Positions 1-9,868 of a stretch of DNA of 64,000 nt are shown one piece after another. A model generated the notes under the pieces. That model saw nothing but the letters and a program-made list of their open reading frames with translations. It searched no databases and was not told where the DNA came from. The stretch is taken from positions 20,108-84,107 of the forward strand of contig JAZLDI010000021.1 in assembly GCA_045614665.1 (NCBI GenBank). Reading direction: 5' to 3'. A program made the translations under genes and the position numbers. Within the stretch, counting starts at the first letter, position 1. Each line of letters starts with the position of its first letter. The stretch is from Candidatus Enterousia sp. (GTDB taxonomy: Bacteria; Pseudomonadota; Alphaproteobacteria; Rs-D84).

Positions 1-392
1 TCGTTTATCCGCAGGCCACCAACATCCGGTAACCCAACACCCAATTTTCGTGCAATTGAATCTGTAAAGCCAACCTCTATACGACCAAAATTCCGCATTT
101 GATAAAAGCCAAAGGCCTCTCGAAATGCTTTACCGTCATCTGTTGCGGCGGCGTCCAACGCATACACTGCGCCAAATTTGTGATTTTCATTTGCGTTTAC
201 GTTGATTTCCCCACGCACGCGCCAATCCCCAATAAAAAGTGGTGTTTCAAAATCGGGCTGAATAATGCCGCCTGTTCCATATCCTGTTAATTTAAAATTA
301 AATTTACCAGCATCGTATTCAAGCGCATACGCCCCACCCCCAGACAATACCAAAGCAATTGTCGCAACATAAATTTTTCTGTAAAATCCCAT
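1..392 (-). CDS. outer-membrane beta-barrel (porin-like) protein, N-terminal part; gene runs off the window start
   Basis: ATG at 390-392 on the minus strand translates to MGFYRKIYVATIALVLSGGGAYA (signal peptide) followed by Gly/aromatic-rich strand-like sequence. No stop before the window edge, so it is absent from the ORF track. Confidence 0.5.
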   Translation of the reverse strand, partial: MGFYRKIYVATIALVLSGGGAYALEYDAGKFNFKLTGYGTGGIIQPDFETPLFIGDWRVRGEINVNANENHKFGAVYALDAAATDDGKAFREAFGFYQMRNFGRIEVGFTDSIARKLGVGLPDVGGLRIN

Positions 393-398
393 AATCCC

Positions 399-1310
399 TT
401 ATCCTTGACTTTCTTTCAAAATCGCATCACGCAGTTTATTATATGCGCGTTCTTCGATTTGACGTACACGTTCGCGTGAAATACCATATTTTTGTGCGCA
501 AGATTCCAGCGTTGCCACCGGATCTGATAAACGTCGTGCCTTTAATATTTCGCGGTCGCGTTCTGGTAATGCGTCCAGATGCTTGCGCAATAGTTCGTAT
601 CCACGTCGGCGAAATTCAATACGTTCCAGTGAATCTTCGATATTTGCACGATTGTCCGCCAGGTTAGACAGGATGTCTGATGCCCCCTCGTCCCCGACGT
701 GTGCGGGTGCGTTTAATGAAACGTCGCGTGCCCCCACGCGTGTTGCCATACGCTTTACATCGTTTTCCGGTACGTCCAGATATTCTGCGATTTGTTTTGT
801 TTGGTCATCACTTAAGTTGTTGTCCATTATCCCCAACGCCCGTTTTGCCCGCGCCAGGTTAAAGAATACCCGCTTTTGGTTCGCAGATGTTCCGATTTTT
901 ACAATTGACCAGTTATTAAGAATTGTTTCATAAATTTCCGCCCGTACCCAGAACATAGCATAGGTTGAAAATCTGAATCCTTTTTCTGGGTCGAACTTTT
1001 GCAGTGCCTGCATCAGGCCCATATTACCACTTGCGATTAAATCGCCAACCGGAATACCATAGTTTTTAAAATCATACGCCACCGACACCACCATTCGCAA
1101 ATGTGACGCCACCAGGCGTTCCCCCGCACTTTGATCGCGATTTTTAACCCATTGTGTGGCATATTCGTATTCTTCTTCGGCGGACAGCAGGGGGATTTTC
1201 TGTACTGTTTGTATATATTGCGCCAGGCCGGATTCATCACTGACCCCACGGGCGGCAACCAGTGAAGTATTTGTTTGTACCGGTAAAGCGTTCTTGATTT
1301 GCTTTTTCAT
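399..1310 (-). CDS. rpoH: RNA polymerase sigma-32 (heat-shock sigma factor)
   Basis: Sigma-70 family regions 2-4. RpoH-box-like QKRVFFNLARAKRAL. 303 aa. Confidence 0.9.
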   Translation of the reverse strand: MKKQIKNALPVQTNTSLVAARGVSDESGLAQYIQTVQKIPLLSAEEEYEYATQWVKNRDQSAGERLVASHLRMVVSVAYDFKNYGIPVGDLIASGNMGLMQALQKFDPEKGFRFSTYAMFWVRAEIYETILNNWSIVKIGTSANQKRVFFNLARAKRALGIMDNNLSDDQTKQIAEYLDVPENDVKRMATRVGARDVSLNAPAHVGDEGASDILSNLADNRANIEDSLERIEFRRRGYELLRKHLDALPERDREILKARRLSDPVATLESCAQKYGISRERVRQIEERAYNKLRDAILKESQG

Positions 1311-1363
1311 AACTTTTATAGTATATCATAATTTGATAATTATCAAGCACAGGAGATTTACAA

Positions 1364-2014
1364 ATGTCATCAATCTTATCAAGAAATCAAAAAGTTGTCC
1401 CGCAAAAGAAAACACGTCAAGAATATGCCGAAGATGCCCTTTATCGCGAGGTGTGGGAAGATGTAAATAACGAAAAGACATTAAAGTTTATAAAGAAATA
1501 CTATCGTTATTTAATTGCGGGTGCGCTGGTTGTTTTGATAATTGCGACCGGTTTTCAGATTGGTGCACGTCACATTGCGGCACAAAAAATGCATACCGCT
1601 GAAATGTATGAAGATGCCCTGGCCAGTGTTGATGCGAATAATTTGGCCCACTTTGCCGATGATGCATCTGGTGCGACGGCGGATTTAGCCCTTTTTCAGG
1701 CATATTTATTGGATGGTGATGTAAGTAAACTGGAACGTTTGGTAACCGATGGTGACACGCGTGATTTTCGTGACTTGGCACGCTTGCATATCGTAAATGT
1801 TCGTGGTGATGAGATGAGTGCCACGGATGTTGAAAAATATTTGTCTGATTTAGATACAAAAAGCTCTCCTTTTTATTACACCGCATCCCTGACCATTGCC
1901 CAGAAATATCTGGCCGATGGCAACCGCGAATCAGCAAACAAATGGATGGATAAAATTTTGAATGACAAAGATGCGCCGGCATCTATTGTTGGTACGGCAA
2001 CAACTCTGCGCTAA
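1364..2014 (+). CDS. YfgM-like membrane-anchored TPR-like protein
   Basis: Short cytoplasmic N-terminus, one TM (YLIAGALVVLIIATGF), periplasmic helical domain. Sits immediately upstream of a BamB-like gene, as yfgM does. Confidence 0.5.
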   Translation: MSSILSRNQKVVPQKKTRQEYAEDALYREVWEDVNNEKTLKFIKKYYRYLIAGALVVLIIATGFQIGARHIAAQKMHTAEMYEDALASVDANNLAHFADDASGATADLALFQAYLLDGDVSKLERLVTDGDTRDFRDLARLHIVNVRGDEMSATDVEKYLSDLDTKSSPFYYTASLTIAQKYLADGNRESANKWMDKILNDKDAPASIVGTATTLR

Positions 2015-2023
2015 GGATTAAAA

Positions 2024-2743
2024 ATGAAACGTGCAGTCTTGGGGCTTTTATCGGTATTGGCATTATGTGCGTGTGATAAACACGACCCGATTTTACCGGG
2101 CATACGTTCGCCAATTTTTGATATGCCACGTATAAACATCTTGAATGCAGATATTCAGAATCTGCCGGATGTGGCGTATGAACCATCTGGCACGGATTGC
2201 CCATATACACGTGATGCATCGAATGTTGTATGGGATGGCTCGCGCAAGGTTTTCAGTGGTTTCGCCACGGATAACGCAGTTGCTTCTGATATAAAGCCGG
2301 TGTGTGCTGGGAAATATATCTATGTCGGATTAACAACCGGCGAATTGGTAAAGATTGAACCAAGAACACGTAAAATAATGTGGATTGCGGACATCTATCG
2401 GGCCAGTAATCTGACCGGTGGTGCATCGATGTTGGATATTGTTGCCGAACCAATTGTTCGTGAAAATTATGTGTATGTGGGTGGGCTGGGGGATGCTTTT
2501 TGCAAGATAAACGCAACATCTGGTGCGCGCATCTGGTGCACGAATATCAGTGTTCCAACAGATTTTATTATTGCAGGTGACGCGGCATTTGTTGTGGGTG
2601 CGGATAAAAAATTGTATGCGGTGCGCCTGACCGACGGTGCGGCATATTGGACGGTGCCAGTTGAAAAAATTGCCACACCAATATATGAAAATAAAACCAT
2701 AACGGTTGGTAAACAACAATTTAATGCGGTAAATGGCAAATAA
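2024..2743 (+). CDS. bamB: BamB-like PQQ-repeat lipoprotein (short)
   Basis: Lipobox LALCAC. PQQ/beta-propeller-like repeats (YVYVGG..., KLYAVRLTDGAAYW). Position after the yfgM-like gene. 239 aa is shorter than typical BamB. Confidence 0.5.
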   Translation: MKRAVLGLLSVLALCACDKHDPILPGIRSPIFDMPRINILNADIQNLPDVAYEPSGTDCPYTRDASNVVWDGSRKVFSGFATDNAVASDIKPVCAGKYIYVGLTTGELVKIEPRTRKIMWIADIYRASNLTGGASMLDIVAEPIVRENYVYVGGLGDAFCKINATSGARIWCTNISVPTDFIIAGDAAFVVGADKKLYAVRLTDGAAYWTVPVEKIATPIYENKTITVGKQQFNAVNGK

Positions 2744-2771
2744 AAAACACCGGCATTTGCCGGTGTTTTTA
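2742..2771. terminator. rho-independent terminator hairpin (bidirectional)
   Basis: aaaaaacaccggcatttgccggtgttttt: A-tract, GC stem with ATTT loop, T-tract, between convergent genes. Confidence 0.6.
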
Positions 2772-4388
2772 TTACTTTTTCACAACGCCAAATCCGGCCG
2801 AGAAGAAGCGTTCCACATTTGCCGCAGACTCGGGGTCATATTCTTGTTCTAATAAACTGGCGCGTCCAACGGCCTCGGATGGTGTTGTGCCATCACCATA
2901 GTATTCCGTTGTCATATTAATTTGGGTTTTATTGGCCCAATCTTCGGTTGTGCTGACACCGTCAAACATTTCGCCATTGATTCCACTGAATTCTGTATTA
3001 TTAAATTTATACATATCGTTTTTAATGTTATCACCATTGCTAAGTTTTACCGTCACATTGTTGCCGTTGGTTGTATATTCTATATCATACCAATTAGAAA
3101 AGTTTGCAGTTAATATTTCTGTTCCGTTGTCAAACACCAAAGTGGCATTATTTGATTCTATGTCTAAATAGTTATCCGTTGCGACACCATTTTCGTCTTC
3201 TGAGTGATGCATTACAAATCCGACGGCTTTGCCATTAAATTCCATTGTCCCGGTCATTGAATTTTTATCAATGTTTTTTACATCGTATCCGCCTGCAAAC
3301 ACATATCGCAAATCTTCTACGTTATTTTTATCTGTTGCCAAATATTGTGTGCCAATTAATCTGCCGAAATCAGAATGTCTTAATCCGACGGTTGCGCCAT
3401 ATGCATCAACACTAACTGATTTTTCACTTGGTGTATAATATAGCCCTGTTCCATCCTTATCATATATTGCTTCTAGTTCGGTTGCAGACATCGGTGCAAA
3501 TAGCGACACAGACGTTATTTGGTTTATCAATTTTTGAATTTCCGCTTTGTTAATTGCTGGGTTGTATTGTGCTTCTTCTTCTAGCTTTTCAGAAAAAGCG
3601 GCCTTGATATTTTCAATCGATTCATTTGGATTATTTGTTTTTAATGTTAGTTGGCAAAATTGACCACATTTCAAAGCGTATTTATAAGCAGCTGATAAAA
3701 ACTTATTATTACTTTTTCTTTCAAATTCTAATTCTTGATTTCCCCAGTCATCAAACATTGCGATGCTTGTAATTTTTCCATTTTCTGTTTGTGTTATTTT
3801 AAGATGTTCTTCGGTCCAACCACGATTTCCCGTCACAAACAGCTTTTGATCAGCCAGGTTACTGGTTTTATGGTTCCAATTTTTAGGCTTGTTATTTTCA
3901 TCATCCCAATCAAAGAATCTGCGCAAAACGTGTTCGTGGTTATCTTTGATAAACTGTTTTCTGGCATCGTCACTTAAATTGTCGTAAACGCTGGCTTCAC
4001 CACCGCTTAATAAATAGGCTTTCTTTAAATCGTCATTATCTTTGCCGTCTGTGTTATTTATTGCAAAATCATACATGTTTTGATATTCAGCAATTGCATT
4101 ATCAAATTCAGAATTTTCATTTATGGCGGAAAAAGTACGTATTGCGCTGTTTCTGGAATGAACGGAGGATGTACCGCCGGCGTTTATTACACTGGGTGTA
4201 TCGCCAATTTTATCCACAACATATGCAATAATGTTACTTTTGTTATCTGCGCTATCCTGCATACTGGTTGTGGATAAATCTACGGCTGTTGGTGCACGTA
4301 CCTCACCCGATGTGTATGCACCACCACCGCCACCACCGGCACAGGCCGTCAATAATAACAAAGTTCCCATAATGTATGCAGATTTCAT
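2772..4388 (-). CDS. surface-lipoprotein-like protein with poly-Gly linker; TbpB/handle-domain-like C-terminal repeats possible
   Basis: Lipobox LLLTAC followed by GGGGGG linker. 538 aa. C-terminal GxxEFNGKAVGF and GEMFDG motifs and a terminal ...FGVVKK. No recognisable enzymatic motifs. Lies at the 3' side of tRNA-Val. Confidence 0.55.
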   Translation of the reverse strand: MKSAYIMGTLLLLTACAGGGGGGAYTSGEVRAPTAVDLSTTSMQDSADNKSNIIAYVVDKIGDTPSVINAGGTSSVHSRNSAIRTFSAINENSEFDNAIAEYQNMYDFAINNTDGKDNDDLKKAYLLSGGEASVYDNLSDDARKQFIKDNHEHVLRRFFDWDDENNKPKNWNHKTSNLADQKLFVTGNRGWTEEHLKITQTENGKITSIAMFDDWGNQELEFERKSNNKFLSAAYKYALKCGQFCQLTLKTNNPNESIENIKAAFSEKLEEEAQYNPAINKAEIQKLINQITSVSLFAPMSATELEAIYDKDGTGLYYTPSEKSVSVDAYGATVGLRHSDFGRLIGTQYLATDKNNVEDLRYVFAGGYDVKNIDKNSMTGTMEFNGKAVGFVMHHSEDENGVATDNYLDIESNNATLVFDNGTEILTANFSNWYDIEYTTNGNNVTVKLSNGDNIKNDMYKFNNTEFSGINGEMFDGVSTTEDWANKTQINMTTEYYGDGTTPSEAVGRASLLEQEYDPESAANVERFFSAGFGVVKK

Positions 4389-4484
4389 AATTATCCCCCT
4401 TGTACAATATGATTATATTCTAGAACACTTAAAAGCAATGGGTCAAACAATAAAAAAACCGGGACACGCCCGATTTATTTATTC

Positions 4485-4561
4485 TGGTGGGTGGTATTGG
4501 ACTCGAACCAACGACCTTTACGATGTCAACGTAACGCTCTAACCAACTGAGCTAACCACCC
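4485..4561 (-). tRNA. tRNA-Val (anticodon GAC)
   Basis: Reverse complement gives GGGTGGTTAGCTCAGTTGGTTAGAGCGTTACGTTGACATCGTAAAGGTCGTTGGTTCGAGTCCAATACCACCCACCA. Cloverleaf folds: 7-bp acceptor, anticodon loop TTGACAT, T-loop TTCGAGT, encoded CCA. Confidence 0.9.
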
Positions 4562-4597
4562 GCAAAACTTCCCCGATTATAACAGACTTTTTTCTAA

Positions 4598-4627
4598 TTG
4601 CAAATATTAATTGCTATGGGATATAAT
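4598..4627 (+). promoter_or_regulatory. sigma-70-like promoter: TTGCAA, 18-nt spacer, TATAAT
   Basis: ttgcaa at 4598-4603 and tataat at 4622-4627 with 18-nt spacing. Drives the roughly 170-nt non-coding stretch that ends at the 4781-4806 terminator. Confidence 0.4.
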
Positions 4628-4633
4628 ACCAAT

Positions 4634-4806
4634 TGTAATGGGGAACCCGTTATGCGAGATTAGAACTCTCGACCAACAGTCGTCTGCGCAGACGTTAATT
4701 GCTCCAACCCGTGGTTGGAGGGCGGTGAATATATTGAATAAGTCGCTGAGCATACTGTTGTGCAAAGTTCTAACCTCCAACCACCCCATATTGTGGTGGT
4801 TTTTAT
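4634..4806 (+). ncRNA. candidate small RNA, promoter-to-terminator unit of unknown family
   Basis: Near-consensus promoter upstream. Internal 8-bp hairpin CTCCAACC-cgtg-GGTTGGAG. Terminal CCACC...GGTGG hairpin plus TTTTTATTTT. No convincing ORF. Confidence 0.3.
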
Positions 4807-4830
4807 TTTAAGAAAAACAGGGGGTGGGTA

Positions 4831-5016
4831 ATGACGCTTGGTCAAGAGATCGAATATGTTCGTACACTGCGTGGATTTTCGGTTGTTTATATGTGTAATG
4901 CCCTGAATGTATTAGAGACCGATTATATGCACATAATTTCCCACAGTGGCCCTCTTAGTATATATCAGAAAATAATGCTGGTTGCGGCAACTGAATACCA
5001 ATTTGATTTGATATAA
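4831..5016 (+). CDS. small XRE/Cro-like helix-turn-helix protein (61 aa)
   Basis: MTLGQEIEYVRTLRGFS...ISHSGPLS matches the Cro/C1 HTH pattern LGxxIxxxRxxxGxS...IS..E.G..P. Preceded by a GGGGGTGGG Shine-Dalgarno-like stretch. Followed by the 5024-5053 terminator. Confidence 0.4.
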   Translation: MTLGQEIEYVRTLRGFSVVYMCNALNVLETDYMHIISHSGPLSIYQKIMLVAATEYQFDLI

Positions 5017-5023
5017 CATTATG

Positions 5024-5053
5024 AAAAAAAGCCGGCATTTGCCGGCTTTTTTT
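5024..5053. terminator. rho-independent terminator (bidirectional; overlaps the accC stop)
   Basis: aaaaaaagccggcatttgccggcttttttt. Confidence 0.6.
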
Positions 5054-6410
5054 ATTCGTCTTTTTTTAAAAAACTTTCAAGCCATTTATTGTCAAAGTTT
5101 AATTGTTTAACGTCTTTGTTGGCCAATAATTTTTGTTGTAGTGGGATTGTTGTTTTTACCCCCTCGATAACAAATTCATCCAATGCGCGTGTTGCACGCA
5201 TAATACATGCCGGCCTGTTTGGTGCATGGACAATAAGTTTTGCAATCATAGAATCATATGTTGCCGGAATTGTGTATCCGGTGTATGCCGCACTGTCCAC
5301 ACGAACGCCCATTCCACCCGCCGGCGCATAAAGTGTTATTTTGCCCGGGTTTGGAATAAATGTTTCTGGGTCTTCTGCATTGATACGAAATTCGATTGCA
5401 TGTCCATTTGGAATAACATTTGATTGGTTATACCCCAATTTTTCGCCGGCGGCAATTCGAATTTGTTCGCGAACTAAATCAACACCATATACCATTTCGG
5501 TCACGGGATGTTCAACCTGTAACCGCGTGTTCATTTCAAGGAAATAGAATTTGCCATCTTCGAACATAAATTCAAAGGTACCGGCATTTGTATAACCCAT
5601 TTTTTTGGCGGCGGCTTTGCAAACCTCTATCATATCGTCGCGCTGTTTTTGGGTTAAAATCGCGGCGGGACATTCTTCCATAACCTTTTGGTTACGACGT
5701 TGCAATGAACAGTCTCGTTCTCCAAAGATTACAACATTGCCGTGTTGATCGCCCAAAACCTGAAATTCAATATGGCGTGGATGGGTTAATAATTTTTCCA
5801 TATAAAGTGTATCATCACCGAACGCAGACTGTGCCTCGTTCCGGGTTAATTGATATGCCTCTGCCATGTCGTTCTGGGACATAACTGCGCGCATACCACG
5901 CCCGCCACCACCGGCTGCGGCCTTTAACATAACAGGATATCCGATTTTATCGGCGCATTCAATCGCGTGCTCCAAACTTATCACTGCCCCGTCCGAACCC
6001 GGTACCACCGGCAACCCGCATTCAATTGCAGTACGTTTGGCATTAACCTTGTCCCCCATTTTTTCAATCATATCTGGTGACGGGCCAATCCAAATCATTT
6101 TATGCTGTTCTACCTTGCGGGCAAAGTCCGCACGTTCAGATAAAAAACCATATCCTGGATGAATTGCATCCGAATTGGTCAGTAATGCCGCCGTCAAAAT
6201 CGCAGATTCATTCAGGTATGAATCACGCACCGCCGCCGGCCCGATACAAACGGATTCGTCTGCCAACTGTACGTGCATAGCATCCCGGTCTGCGGTTGAA
6301 TACACCGCAACCGTGCGTATACCCATATCGCGACACGCACGAATAATACGCAGGGCAATTTCACCACGATTGGCAATTAAAACTTTTTTTATTTGTGACA
6401 TTTTATTCAA
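5052..6410 (-). CDS. accC: acetyl-CoA carboxylase, biotin carboxylase subunit
   Basis: ATP-grasp biotin carboxylase: KVLIANRGEIALRIIRACRDMGI, glycine-rich loop. 452 aa. Immediately downstream of accB. Confidence 0.95.
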   Translation of the reverse strand: MNKMSQIKKVLIANRGEIALRIIRACRDMGIRTVAVYSTADRDAMHVQLADESVCIGPAAVRDSYLNESAILTAALLTNSDAIHPGYGFLSERADFARKVEQHKMIWIGPSPDMIEKMGDKVNAKRTAIECGLPVVPGSDGAVISLEHAIECADKIGYPVMLKAAAGGGGRGMRAVMSQNDMAEAYQLTRNEAQSAFGDDTLYMEKLLTHPRHIEFQVLGDQHGNVVIFGERDCSLQRRNQKVMEECPAAILTQKQRDDMIEVCKAAAKKMGYTNAGTFEFMFEDGKFYFLEMNTRLQVEHPVTEMVYGVDLVREQIRIAAGEKLGYNQSNVIPNGHAIEFRINAEDPETFIPNPGKITLYAPAGGMGVRVDSAAYTGYTIPATYDSMIAKLIVHAPNRPACIMRATRALDEFVIEGVKTTIPLQQKLLANKDVKQLNFDNKWLESFLKKDE

Positions 6411-6840
6411 TAACGATTAAAGGTTGGTCAAACTCAACCGCCGCCCCGTCTGTTACCAAAATTTCTTTGACGGTGCCGTCTTTGTCAGACTTGATTGGGT
6501 TAAATGTTTTCATTGCTTCGACCAGTGCGACTGTGTCCCCAGCCTTGACCGATGTGCCAACGGTAACGAATGGTTTTGCGCCCGGCTCTGGTGCCAGGTA
6601 TACAACCCCCACCATTGGTGATTTTAATGCGCATCCATTGATTTTATCTTCGCATGTTGCACCCATTTTTTTTGATTCAATGTTTGGTGCGGATACTGCA
6701 ACGGTTGCAGCTTGTTGTTTTGATAAATGAATATGTTTACGATACAGCCCGAACAAGAACTGACGTTCCAGGTTTAATTCAGTAATCCCCATTTCATCCA
6801 TAATCTTTGACATAGATTCCACGGTTGCACGAAATGACAT
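6403..6840 (-). CDS. accB: biotin carboxyl carrier protein of acetyl-CoA carboxylase
   Basis: C-terminal biotinyl domain with EAMK motif (VEAMKTFNPI). 145 aa. Overlaps the accC start. Confidence 0.9.
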   Translation of the reverse strand: MSFRATVESMSKIMDEMGITELNLERQFLFGLYRKHIHLSKQQAATVAVSAPNIESKKMGATCEDKINGCALKSPMVGVVYLAPEPGAKPFVTVGTSVKAGDTVALVEAMKTFNPIKSDKDGTVKEILVTDGAAVEFDQPLIVIE

Positions 6841-6912
6841 TTATAAATCCTTTTAATAAATTTTAATCATATCCCATAAATTCTATCACAAAGTACCACA
6901 TTGTCAAGCATA

Positions 6913-7158
6913 TCAGGGCACTGGGTCATAACCAAAACCGCCCCCCGGTCGACAGCGAAAAATACGCTTTATCCCCATCCACGTTCCGCGAAATGTGCCA
7001 TATTTATCAATTGCTTGCTTTGTATATTCGCTGCACGACGGGGTAAAACGACATGCCGCCCGTCCACCAATAAATGGCGAAATACACGCTTGGTACACCT
7101 GTACCAGTCCCATTGCAACCTGCTTTGCAATACCGTGATTATTTTTGTGATTGTTCAT
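6913..7158 (-). CDS. yidD: membrane protein insertion efficiency factor YidD
   Basis: Conserved ...SPF.GG.CRFTPSCSEY... motif. 81 aa. Overlaps the 3' end of rnpA. Confidence 0.85.
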   Translation of the reverse strand: MNNHKNNHGIAKQVAMGLVQVYQACISPFIGGRAACRFTPSCSEYTKQAIDKYGTFRGTWMGIKRIFRCRPGGGFGYDPVP

Positions 7159-7492
7159 TTTTATAGGTTTTTTTTATCCAATGTAACGCCTTGCGCATTG
7201 CGATGCGTCCTTCTTCCCTGGTGGCTTTTAGAATTGGTGCACGCGCCACGAATATATAATCCATATTTGGTAACATCATGTCGCTATAAAAACGAATCCA
7301 GTCCCGCAAAAGGCGTTTTGCGCGATTTCTGTCGACGGCGTGTTTAAAAGTTCGTTTTGTTACAACCAGTCCATATCGTGCATCATTTGGAAAACGTGCA
7401 TATTTTGCCCGCACAATAAAATACGACGACAGGCCTGATAAATCATCGGGCGAAACGGCGAAATCGCTATGTTTTTTTATTGTGTTACGCAT
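7139..7492 (-). CDS. rnpA: ribonuclease P protein component
   Basis: RnpA RNR-like motif (AVDRNRAKRLLRDWIR). 117 aa. Classical rnpA-yidD overlap. Confidence 0.85.
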   Translation of the reverse strand: MRNTIKKHSDFAVSPDDLSGLSSYFIVRAKYARFPNDARYGLVVTKRTFKHAVDRNRAKRLLRDWIRFYSDMMLPNMDYIFVARAPILKATREEGRIAMRKALHWIKKTYKNEQSQK

Positions 7493-7607
7493 AGCCCTTA
7501 TAATAACACATAAATTAAATAGTCAAACTTTTTTTGTGCCCGCGTCTTGATTTTTAGCAATCCCCGTTTTATAGTGACGTGAACGTATTTATAAATCATG
7601 ATTTTAG

Positions 7608-8666
<1,059 letters not shown>

Positions 8667-8667
8667 T

Positions 8668-8696
8668 AAAAAATGCCGGCAAACGCCGGCGTTTTT
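8668..8696 (+). terminator. rho-independent terminator after mreB
   Basis: aaaaaatgccggcaaacgccggcgttttt. Confidence 0.6.
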
Positions 8697-8751
8697 ATTT
8701 GATTTTATGGTGTGTTTTTCCTAGACTGAAATGTAACAGCAAAGGAATTTT

Positions 8752-9837
8752 TTGATGAAAATTTATGAACAAACCGAACTTGATTTTAAAGATGTTTTGA
8801 TTAAGCCAAAGCGTTCTTATATAAACTCGCGCTCTGAAACGGATGTGACACGTGAATATAAATTCAAATGGTGTCCGCGTAAAATTACGGGGACTGGTGT
8901 AATTACTGCGAATATGGCAACGGTTGGAACGTTTGAAATTGCGCGGCATATGATGCAACAAAAAATGTTTTGTTGTTTGCATAAACATTATTCTTTGGAT
9001 GAATTGATTAAATTTATCACAGAAAATGATTGCAGCGAATATGTATTTTTATCAATGGGTCTGCGCGATGATGATATTGCCAAGATGGATGAAATATTAA
9101 CCCGTTTCCCAGACAAATGTCGCAACGTATGTATTGATGTTCCAAACGCGTATATTCCACGTGTCAAAGACCTGGTTATTCGTATGCGTCAAAAATATCC
9201 AGATATTTTGTTGATGGTTGGCAATGCAGTGACGGCCGAATTGGTCGAAGATTTAATATTATCTGGTGCCGACATTATCAAGTGTGGCATCGGCAGTGGC
9301 AGTGCCTGTACCACACGTCGTATGACCGGTGTTGGTCGTCCACAATTGTCCACTATTTTTGAATGTGCCGATGTTGCCCACGGCATTGGTGGTATGATTT
9401 GTTCAGATGGTGGTATTGTCCATATTGGCGACGTATCCAAGGCATTTGGTGCCGGTGCAGATTTTGTGATGATGGGTGGATTTTTTGCCGGTTGCCCCGA
9501 GGTATCTGGTGACATAATCACAAAAAGATATCAAACGAACCAGTTGGATGAAAACGGCGAATTTATTATTGAAACAAAACAGTTCAAAGTTTTCTATGGA
9601 ATGTCATCCGAGTACGCACAAAAAACGCACTATTGCGGAATGCCATCGTATCGCGCCAGCGAGGGTCGCTTTGTAGAAGTACCTCTTAAACCATCAATTG
9701 ACCGCCTGTTACAAGATATCTTGGGGGGCTTGCGTTCGTGTATGACATATGTTGGTGCACGTCGCTTAAAAGATTTATCCAAGTGCACAACGTTTTATCG
9801 TGTAAACACACAATTAAATACAGTGTTTGAAAAATAA
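8752..9837 (+). CDS. guaC: GMP reductase
   Basis: Full-length match to the GuaC pattern (FKDVLIKPKRS..., GIGSGSACTTR, GGLRS.MTYVGA). 361 aa, no CBS insert, so GMP reductase rather than IMPDH. Confidence 0.85.
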   Translation: MMKIYEQTELDFKDVLIKPKRSYINSRSETDVTREYKFKWCPRKITGTGVITANMATVGTFEIARHMMQQKMFCCLHKHYSLDELIKFITENDCSEYVFLSMGLRDDDIAKMDEILTRFPDKCRNVCIDVPNAYIPRVKDLVIRMRQKYPDILLMVGNAVTAELVEDLILSGADIIKCGIGSGSACTTRRMTGVGRPQLSTIFECADVAHGIGGMICSDGGIVHIGDVSKAFGAGADFVMMGGFFAGCPEVSGDIITKRYQTNQLDENGEFIIETKQFKVFYGMSSEYAQKTHYCGMPSYRASEGRFVEVPLKPSIDRLLQDILGGLRSCMTYVGARRLKDLSKCTTFYRVNTQLNTVFEK

Positions 9838-9868
9838 TAAAAATGCCGGCAAACGCCGGCATTGTTTT
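9838..9868. terminator. rho-independent terminator (bidirectional)
   Basis: aaaatgccggcaaacgccggcattgtttt. Confidence 0.55.

Noticed and set aside
4611-4811. 66-aa ORF in the tRNA-Val / HTH spacer
   Set aside because: No Shine-Dalgarno motif and poor codon composition. It spans the promoter-hairpin-terminator architecture that is better explained as a non-coding RNA or UTR.
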